Positions 57,619 to 64,000 of a stretch of 64,000 nucleotides of DNA are shown here, one piece after another; within the stretch, counting starts at the first letter, position 1; each line of letters begins with the position of its first letter. The DNA comes from Clostridia bacterium (GTDB lineage Bacteria; Bacillota; Clostridia; UMGS1883). Position numbers and translations under genes: made by a program. Location of the stretch: positions 25,055-89,054 of the forward strand of contig JAZUCF010000024.1 of assembly GCA_045638945.1 (NCBI GenBank). Reading direction: 5' to 3'. Below the pieces are notes generated by a model. The model ran no database searches. It had not been told where the DNA came from and was given only the letters and a program-made list of their open reading frames with translations.

Positions 57619-59025
57619 TTACTTAATTGTTTTAATATAGTTTTCGTAATCGGTTGTATGCTCAACCTTTGCGTTTTTAATTATTGTGTTGATTTCCTCC
57701 TGTGCGGCATTCTGTGCCAGAATACTCATCCAATAATTTTTTGCAGCGGTAAGCTCTTTCTCGCTTAAGGGAAGTCGCATAATTATATGATAACCGTAAT
57801 CAGTTTTAATTGGTGCTTTTGTAAGTTCGTTTTCTTTTAATGCAAACGCCGCCTTTTCAAAAGGCTCCACCATTTCCCCTTTGGTAAAGGTATACCCCTC
57901 CTCGGTAGAACCGGGGTCAATGTTATGCTCTTTCATAAGCGTGTCAAAGCTTTCGCCCTTTTTAATGCGGGAAATAAGCTCCTTCGCAAGTGCTTCATCC
58001 TCTACAAGAATATGCTTTGCAGTGATATAACTTGTACGGAACATATTTTCGTATTCGGAAACGTCATAATCCCTCTTTGCCGCATCCTCCTGAATAGTCT
58101 GAGCTGTTATCATATAAATCAGGAATTTGTTTGCAAAATCCTGAAAATCTTCCTTGCTTATAATCCCTACCTCAATAGCTTTATCGGCATTGTACTGCAT
58201 GGTTAGTTCCTGCTCTATATAACCAAGCAGTTCACCGGAGATTTTTGTAAATTCCTCATCAAATGTCAAGTTAATTTTCTCCGCATGGGCACACAGAGCG
58301 TAAATCTGCATAATGGTATTTTCAATTTCGGAAGTAAGAAGCTGTGCGGCAGGCACAGAATCAATGGTAAGGGTTTGCAGTGTGCCGCCCGCAGTGTAAT
58401 TATCGCAAGTCTCTTTCATGAATTCATCCGTTGTGAAATTATAAAGGAGCATATTGAAAAGACCGGCGTTTACCGCTTGTGAGTCAACTTTAATCAATGC
58501 TTTGTCGGAAAAACCTTTTAACGTGTCAAGGTCAACCTTATAAAAATCCCCTGTTATATAAATTGTTTTTGTTTCGCTGTCCCAATCAATTTTTCTGCCC
58601 AGAGCCTCGGTAATTGCACGAACGGGAACATAGGTAGTGCCGTCAATAAGGAACGGATTCACAACTTTTCCGTTCACGTCCTTAGGCTCTATTAAAGTGC
58701 CGTTTATTACAATCCTTATAACCTCGGAGCTTTCAAATGCAGTTGATGTCTTTTCTCCGATATAGACAATGCGGCTATGTCCGTCCCATTCTACTTTCTG
58801 TCCCAGTGCCTCAGACACGGCACGTGCGGGAAGATAAGTGGTGCCCTCCAAAAGAAACGGAGGTACGATTTTACCGTTGACGTCTTTAGGGGTAAGCTTT
58901 TCACCGTCAATAACAATCTGAATATCCGCATTGTTATTTTCGGGGATTGCAGTATCTTCAGCAAAAACGGCAGATGTAAAAAACATGGTTAAGCATGTAA
59001 CTAACGCTATCAATTTCTTTATCAT
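57619..59025 (-). CDS. Secreted parvulin-type peptidyl-prolyl isomerase (PrsA-like) with two N-terminal copper-amine-oxidase-N-like domains
   Basis: Signal peptide; repeats TTYLPARAVSEALGQKVEWD and TTYVPVRAITEALGRKIDWD; C-terminal PpiC domain (ITAKHILV..GYHIIMRL). Confidence 0.75.
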   Translation of the reverse strand: MIKKLIALVTCLTMFFTSAVFAEDTAIPENNNADIQIVIDGEKLTPKDVNGKIVPPFLLEGTTYLPARAVSEALGQKVEWDGHSRIVYIGEKTSTAFESSEVIRIVINGTLIEPKDVNGKVVNPFLIDGTTYVPVRAITEALGRKIDWDSETKTIYITGDFYKVDLDTLKGFSDKALIKVDSQAVNAGLFNMLLYNFTTDEFMKETCDNYTAGGTLQTLTIDSVPAAQLLTSEIENTIMQIYALCAHAEKINLTFDEEFTKISGELLGYIEQELTMQYNADKAIEVGIISKEDFQDFANKFLIYMITAQTIQEDAAKRDYDVSEYENMFRTSYITAKHILVEDEALAKELISRIKKGESFDTLMKEHNIDPGSTEEGYTFTKGEMVEPFEKAAFALKENELTKAPIKTDYGYHIIMRLPLSEKELTAAKNYWMSILAQNAAQEEINTIIKNAKVEHTTDYENYIKTIK

Positions 59026-59208
59026 AATTCACACCTCGCAACTGTATTTTTTAACTATTATATAATAACATACAAACGAATAAATTGCAACAGGGCGAAA
59101 ATGAAAAAGAATGAAAAAATGTCGAAATTCATAAATAATTAACATATTATCTGTTGACCGCACATACAAAATTTGGTATATTATAATTAGAGAATACATA
59201 AGGAGGAA

Positions 59209-59463
59209 ATGGCTATGAAAGAGACTGGTATTGTCAGAAAAGTTGATGAGCTTGGAAGAATAGTGCTTCCCATTGAACTGAGGCGTACTTTGGACATTGC
59301 AATACGCGACCCTCTTGAAATCTACGTTGAGGGAGAGAATATTATTTTAAGAAAATATAATCCATCCTGCATTTTCTGTGCGTCTAAGGAAAACATTTTC
59401 ATATATCAGGGAAAGAATGTTTGCGGGAATTGTATTGATGACATCAAAAAAAAGACAATTTGA
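59209..59463 (+). CDS. abrB: AbrB/SpoVT-domain transcriptional regulator with Cys-rich C-terminus
   Basis: TGIVRKVDELGRIVLPIELRRTLDI swapped-hairpin motif; C-terminal CIFC...CGNC; promoter TTGACC-17-TGgTATATT upstream. Confidence 0.8.
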   Translation: MAMKETGIVRKVDELGRIVLPIELRRTLDIAIRDPLEIYVEGENIILRKYNPSCIFCASKENIFIYQGKNVCGNCIDDIKKKTI

Positions 59464-59528
59464 CTTGAATTTAAAACTATGCAGTGTTATAATAACTGCA
59501 TGGTTTTAATTTTTAAGGAGGAATCATT

Positions 59529-59798
59529 TTGAAATCGGTTATCACAGTTATGGGTAAGGACAGCGTGGGCATTATTGCAAAAGTAAGTGCGCTCCTTGCC
59601 AAAAATGAAATTAATATAATTGACATTTCACAGACTACATATGAAAATCAGTTTTTAATGGTAATGATTGTAGATATGAAAAATGCCAATGTATCATTTG
59701 CCGAAACTGTAAATGAATTAAAAGCTTTGGGCGAAGCACTTGGTCAGAAAATCCAGGTTCGTAATAAAAAAGTTTTTGATTCAATGCATAGAATTTAA
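59529..59798 (+). CDS. ACT domain protein (UPF0237 family)
   Basis: 89 aa; [37 protein letters not shown] fold; TTG start after GGAGG. Confidence 0.7.
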   Translation: MKSVITVMGKDSVGIIAKVSALLAKNEINIIDISQTTYENQFLMVMIVDMKNANVSFAETVNELKALGEALGQKIQVRNKKVFDSMHRI

Positions 59799-59811
59799 GG
59801 GGGGGACAAGA

Positions 59812-61164
59812 ATGATAGATCCTTTTGAAATAATGGAAACCATTAATATGGTGGACAATGAACATCTTGATATAAGAACAATCACTATGGGAATTTCTCT
59901 CCTTGACTGCATTGGACAGGATTCTGATATTGCGGCGGAGAAGGTTTATGACAAGGTAACACGTCTTGCAGAAAATCTTGTTCCGGTAGGTGAGCAGCTT
60001 GAAAGGGAACTGGGTATACCGATTATAAATAAAAGAATTTCGGTGACGCCTATTTCAATTGTAGGCTCTGCATGCGGAGATTATATTAAGTTCGCAAAGG
60101 CGCTTGACCGTGCGGCGGATGCTACGGGAGTCAATTTTATCGGCGGTTATTCCGCACTGGTACAGAAGGGATATACCAAAGGGGAATATGACTTTATTGA
60201 AACTATTCCCGAAGCCCTTTGCACAACAAACAAAATTTGTTCCAGTGTAAATGTAGGCTCAACAAAGGCAGGTATTTCCATGGATGCCGTGGCACACATG
60301 GGAAGAATTATCAAGAGGACAGCGGAGCTTTCAAAAGACCGTGACGGTTTCGGCTGTGCAAAGCTTGTAGTTTTTGCAAATGCTGTTGAGGATAATCCCT
60401 TTATGGCAGGTGCCTTTCACGGAACGGGCGAGGGCGAATGTGTAATAAACGTTGGTGTAAGCGGACCCGGAGTTGTTAAGAAGGCGCTTGAAAAAGTAAA
60501 GGGTGCAGATTTTGGAGTTGTGGCGGATACTATTAAGAAAACCGCATTTAAAATCACCCGTATGGGTCAGCTTGTTGCAGGCGAAGCGGCAAAGAGACTT
60601 GGTGCACAATCGGGAATTGTCGATCTTTCCTTGGCACCTACTCCGGCAATCGGTGACAGTGTTGCACATATTCTTGAAGAAATGGGCGTTGAAAAATGCG
60701 GTGCGCCGGGAACTACGGCGGCTCTTGCCCTGCTTAACGATGCCGTGAAAAAAGGCGGCGTAATGGCTTCCTCCTATGTAGGCGGTCTTAGCGGTGCGTT
60801 TATTCCTGTCAGCGAGGATGCAGGTATGATTGATGCGGTAAGATGCGGAGCTCTTTCTCTTGAAAAGCTTGAAGCAATGACATGTGTTTGCTCGGTTGGT
60901 ATAGATATGGTTGTTGTTCCCGGAGATACTTCGGCGGAAACAATATCGGGAATTTTGGCAGATGAGGTTGCAATCGGTGTTATAAATACAAAAACAACAG
61001 CCCTCAGAATTATTCCCGCACCCGGAAAAAAGGTAGGAGATACCGTGGAATTCGGCGGGCTTTTAGGTACAGGTCCCGTAATGCCTGTAAATCCATATGG
61101 CTGTGTGGATTTCATCAGCCGCGGAGGAAGAATCCCTGCCCCCATGCACAGCTTGAAAAATTAA
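59812..61164 (+). CDS. UPF0210/DUF711 family protein
   Basis: [33 protein letters not shown] is the conserved N-terminus of the UPF0210 family, which typically follows the UPF0237 ACT protein; GGGGGG RBS. Confidence 0.7.
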   Translation: MIDPFEIMETINMVDNEHLDIRTITMGISLLDCIGQDSDIAAEKVYDKVTRLAENLVPVGEQLERELGIPIINKRISVTPISIVGSACGDYIKFAKALDRAADATGVNFIGGYSALVQKGYTKGEYDFIETIPEALCTTNKICSSVNVGSTKAGISMDAVAHMGRIIKRTAELSKDRDGFGCAKLVVFANAVEDNPFMAGAFHGTGEGECVINVGVSGPGVVKKALEKVKGADFGVVADTIKKTAFKITRMGQLVAGEAAKRLGAQSGIVDLSLAPTPAIGDSVAHILEEMGVEKCGAPGTTAALALLNDAVKKGGVMASSYVGGLSGAFIPVSEDAGMIDAVRCGALSLEKLEAMTCVCSVGIDMVVVPGDTSAETISGILADEVAIGVINTKTTALRIIPAPGKKVGDTVEFGGLLGTGPVMPVNPYGCVDFISRGGRIPAPMHSLKN

Positions 61165-61200
61165 ACATAAATTTCATAAAAAAAGTGTCGGAATTTGAAT

Positions 61201-61252
61201 CGACCTCCCAAAAGTTAGACCAACAATCTAACTATTGGGAGGTCGGTTTTTT
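61201..61252 (+). terminator. Rho-independent terminator (19-bp interrupted stem CGACCTCCCAA..AGTTAGA / TCTAACT..TTGGGAGGTCG + T6)
   Basis: Long hairpin followed by TTTTTT after the UPF0210 gene. Confidence 0.65.
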
Positions 61253-61263
61253 CGTGGGAAAAT

Positions 61264-62490
61264 TTATCTTCCCGCACTTTTAAGCACATTTGCCTGATGT
61301 GTGGAGTTTTCCACTCCGCTGCTGTGACCTATTGATTTATAAAAATGCAGGTCAAAATGTCCGTGTGCATTATTTCCTTTTACATAGTCATAATTTATTC
61401 CTTCACCGTAATTATCGCTTCTCCAACTTGTCCATTCACCGCCGGGAGCACCTTCATTTCCTGCGTGCATCATTCCTGCTGCACTTGCGGCAATAGTTCT
61501 TCCGTTTACGATGATGAGAACGCTTCTCTTATTCCAGCTAAAATTCCCACCCCAGATTTCTTTCATAATGGCAGTATCATTAGCCGTCAGTGTTTCGCAG
61601 TCTGCGTGTCCACTTCCTACTGTTCTTCTGGCGTTAAAGCTCTTTCCCGTGGCAAGGTCAACAACCTTGAAATCTGTATTTATCGGCACTACATACTGTG
61701 CTTCGCTAAACCATTCAAGGAGTTCCCCGTATCCGGGAGGTGCGTATTTTACAGGAACGTGATGCACGGGAATAGTGAGCTTCATTCCTGCATATATTTT
61801 AGAGGACTCCGAAAGGGAGTTCACCTGAAGAAGCTCCGCATATGGGATTCCATGCTTTATGGCAATGTTCCAGAAAGTGTCACCGCTTTTTACAGTATAT
61901 GTGTCATAGGTTACATAGGGGCCGCTTGATGTGCTTCCCGAAGAACCCGAATTTGAATTACCTGAACTATTTCCTCCCGATGATGACGGAATTTTAACCT
62001 TATCACCAATGTTTAAGAGCGTGTTATCAGTTGCGTTATTGGCACTCAGCAGTGCATTAAGGCTCACGCCGTATTTTTGTGATATTATCCAGTATGTGTC
62101 ACCTTTTTGTACTGTGTAGGTTGTGTAACCATTTCCGCTATCGGGGATTGTGACTGTCTGACCGGGGTACAGGACAGAGCTTGCCGAAGCCTCGTTTTCA
62201 CTCAGAAGTGAGCTAAGAGAAACGCCACACTTTTTTGCTATCAGATAATATGTATCGCCTTTTTGCACTGTGTAGGTGTTTGAGGGAATCTTAATTATCT
62301 GTCCCGTGATAAGATAAGAAGAAGCACTTTCAGGGTTGGCATCCATAACAGCTTGCATGCTTGTGTTAAACCTTTTTGCTATATTCCAATAGGAATCCCC
62401 TTTCTGAACAGTATAGCTTACATCTGCCATTGCACTTGTAGATAAAAGTGCAAATGCCGTAAGTGCGGAAGTAATCTTTTTACCTCTCAT
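61264..62490 (-). CDS. Secreted protein with four LysM repeats and an unassigned C-terminal domain
   Basis: Signal peptide; four repeats of YTVQKGDTYW.IA.KYGVSL..L...N; Gly/Ser linker; ~200-aa C-domain of unknown family. Confidence 0.7.
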   Translation of the reverse strand: MRGKKITSALTAFALLSTSAMADVSYTVQKGDSYWNIAKRFNTSMQAVMDANPESASSYLITGQIIKIPSNTYTVQKGDTYYLIAKKCGVSLSSLLSENEASASSVLYPGQTVTIPDSGNGYTTYTVQKGDTYWIISQKYGVSLNALLSANNATDNTLLNIGDKVKIPSSSGGNSSGNSNSGSSGSTSSGPYVTYDTYTVKSGDTFWNIAIKHGIPYAELLQVNSLSESSKIYAGMKLTIPVHHVPVKYAPPGYGELLEWFSEAQYVVPINTDFKVVDLATGKSFNARRTVGSGHADCETLTANDTAIMKEIWGGNFSWNKRSVLIIVNGRTIAASAAGMMHAGNEGAPGGEWTSWRSDNYGEGINYDYVKGNNAHGHFDLHFYKSIGHSSGVENSTHQANVLKSAGR

Positions 62491-62638
62491 GAATTTTCAT
62501 AACCTTTCCGTCCGCAGATTTTAGTTATTGCTTCTTGTGCGGACAAACAAGAAGCCCGACACAACAATATTCGACAAAAAGGCGATAAATCATTTATGTA
62601 AATATTGGGAAAATATCAAAAAAACAGTTGACAAACAG

Positions 62639-62660
62639 CGGTTAGTTATGCTAAACTAAC
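62639..62660. promoter_or_regulatory. Dyad GTTAGTT-atgcta-AACTAAC overlapping the feoA promoter (-35 TTGACA at 62629)
   Basis: Perfect 7-bp inverted repeat immediately downstream of a consensus -35; a related GTTAG-N6-CTAAC sits at 62938-62958. Confidence 0.4.
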
Positions 62661-62696
62661 TTAAGAAAATGAAACAAATCATCAGGGGTGAGAGAA

Positions 62697-62909
62697 ATGA
62701 CTTTGAAAGATGCTATTGAAGGAAAAGAATATATTGTAAAAAGCATAAAAACCGATGACGAGGAACTGAATTCATTCCTTTTCTCCCTTGGCTGTTACAG
62801 TGGTGAGCCGATTACAGTTATTTCTCATTTGAAAGGCGGTTGTGTCGTTTCAATTAAGGATGGGAGATATAATATTGACAACGAGCTTGCCGATGCCATT
62901 GAGATATAA
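62697..62909 (+). CDS. feoA: Ferrous iron transport protein A
   Basis: 70-aa SH3-like FeoA (..IVKSIKTDDEELNSFLFSLGCYSGEPITVIS); ATG at 62697 after GGGGTGAG. Confidence 0.8.
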   Translation: MTLKDAIEGKEYIVKSIKTDDEELNSFLFSLGCYSGEPITVISHLKGGCVVSIKDGRYNIDNELADAIEI

Positions 62910-62937
62910 GCCTGTATGGCTTTATATTTTTGATAAC

Positions 62938-62958
62938 AGGTTAGCTTCAACTAACTAA
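62938..62958. promoter_or_regulatory. Dyad GTTAG-cttcaa-CTAAC(TAAC) between feoA and feoB
   Basis: Same half-sites as the 62639 dyad. Confidence 0.35.
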
Positions 62959-62992
62959 CAATTAATTTTACTTTACATAAGGGGGAATTACC

Positions 62993-64000
62993 ATGAGAAT
63001 TGCTTTTGCAGGCAATCCGAACAGCGGTAAAACGACTATGTACAACGCACTCACAGGCAGAAATGAGCGTGTTGGTAACTGGGCAGGCGTAACCGTTGAA
63101 AAGAAAGAAGCTTCAATCAAGAAGAGCTTTTGTGAAGGAAAGGAGCTTATTGCTGTCGACCTTCCCGGTGCATATTCAATGTCACCATTTACATCGGAGG
63201 AAAGTATCACCAGTGAATACATAAAAAAGGAAAATCCGGACGTTATTATAAACATTGTTGATGCTACGAATCTGGGAAGAAGCCTTTTTTTCACTACACA
63301 GCTTCTTGAATTGGGTGTTCCCGTTGTGGTTGCACTTAATAAGAGTGACGTTAACGAAAAAAAGAAAACTGTAATTGACGCATCCAGACTTTCGGTGCTT
63401 CTTAAATGTCCTGTTGTTGAAACTGTTTCCACAACCTCCAAAAATGAAGGCTTGAAAAAAGTGGTAAAAAAGGCAGTTGCACTTGTTGGAAAAACCCAAA
63501 TTTCTCCCTATACCCACGATAATATAGACCTGACGAATAAGCTTTCGGCTCAGGCCGCAGACAGAAATCGCTTTGATTTTGTAAACGGTATTGTAAAACA
63601 GGTGGAAAAGAGGAAAATACATACAAATGAGAGAAATTTCCAGGATAAAATTGATTCATTAATTACGAATAAGTGGCTTGGAATTCCGATTTTTGCGATT
63701 GTAATGTTTCTTGTTTTCCATATATCGCAGGCAGAGTCAAAAATCGGTCTGGGTGTAGCACTTGCAGGCGTACTTGAAGGCTGGATAGGAGCATTTACAG
63801 AGCTCGTATCAGTCTGGATGGAGGGAAGCTCAGACATACTTCAGGCTATTGTTCTGGACGGAATCATCGGCGGTGTTGGTGCCGTGCTTGGATTTTTGCC
63901 CCTTGTAATGGTAATGTATTTCCTTATCGCTCTTTTGGAGGATTGCGGATATATGGCGCGTGTCAGCGTCGTGCTTGACCCGATTTTCAAAAAGGTGGGA
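62993..64000 (+). CDS. feoB: Ferrous iron transporter B (N-terminal G-domain and start of permease; continues beyond window)
   Basis: MRIAFAGNPNSGKTTMYNALTG G1 motif, DLPG, NKSD; open frame to the window end; AAGGGGG RBS. Confidence 0.9.
   Translation, partial: MRIAFAGNPNSGKTTMYNALTGRNERVGNWAGVTVEKKEASIKKSFCEGKELIAVDLPGAYSMSPFTSEESITSEYIKKENPDVIINIVDATNLGRSLFFTTQLLELGVPVVVALNKSDVNEKKKTVIDASRLSVLLKCPVVETVSTTSKNEGLKKVVKKAVALVGKTQISPYTHDNIDLTNKLSAQAADRNRFDFVNGIVKQVEKRKIHTNERNFQDKIDSLITNKWLGIPIFAIVMFLVFHISQAESKIGLGVALAGVLEGWIGAFTELVSVWMEGSSDILQAIVLDGIIGGVGAVLGFLPLVMVMYFLIALLEDCGYMARVSVVLDPIFKKVG

Noticed and set aside
62968-63837. Minus-strand ORFs of 85-157 aa at the right end
   Set aside because: They are antisense to the clearly recognisable feoB G-domain reading frame, which is open to the window end.
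1-64000. CRISPR arrays, IS transposases, integrases, prophage genes, rRNA
   Set aside because: None detected on either strand. The only candidate mobile signals are the non-coding repeats and the terminator-flanked low-GC cassette.

Overview
The window looks like a chromosomal segment of a spore-forming, strictly anaerobic Firmicute (Clostridia-like: SASP gene, rubrerythrin, SLH domains, AbrB, many low-GC palindromic terminators). Gene density is high and there is no CRISPR array, rRNA operon or recognisable transposase/integrase. One tRNA-Leu(CAG) is present.

Housekeeping blocks:
- a split methionine-synthase operon (metF, MetH activation-domain protein, metH core)
- a MATE exporter and azlCD
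- a seven-gene pyrimidine operon pyrC-K-D-F-E-B-I
- ruvCAB
- cdaA-cdaR
- a cysteine desulfurase with a DUF3343 partner
- ftsEX, a coiled-coil M23 peptidase, ctpA and a PBP5-like protein
- lon, engB and a PrsA-like PPIase
- feoAB

More unusual content:
1. A 957-aa ORF (13911..16784) fuses a signal peptide, three SLH domains, a PstS-like periplasmic-binding domain and a full-length serpin. A BlaI/BlaR1(M56)-like pair with a TACA-N3-TGTA operator inside its promoter lies immediately downstream.
2. An AraC-regulated cluster (31882..39582) encodes a divergent U32-like protein, three tandem QueG/reductive-dehalogenase-superfamily Fe-S paralogs, a beta-lactamase-fold serine hydrolase and a Gfo/Idh/MocA oxidoreductase.
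3. A low-GC ~4.1-kb cassette (49547..53580) carries an ECF sigma/anti-sigma pair and three secreted proteins of unknown function, flanked by two near-identical ~40-bp palindromic terminators.
4. A family of ~80-bp repeats, each carrying the hairpin GTGAAGCGGCACGCTTC, abuts the 3' ends of three minus-strand genes.
5. A ~275-bp element with terminal inverted repeats and nested long-range complementarity overlaps the engB stop codon.
6. The PBP5 (D-Ala-D-Ala carboxypeptidase) homolog has degenerate SxxK and SxN motifs and is predicted inactive.
7. A LysM/TM protein preceded by two LexA (Cheo) boxes looks like a YneA-like SOS division inhibitor.
8. A 54-aa Cys-rich ORF with its own promoter was missed by the ORF track.
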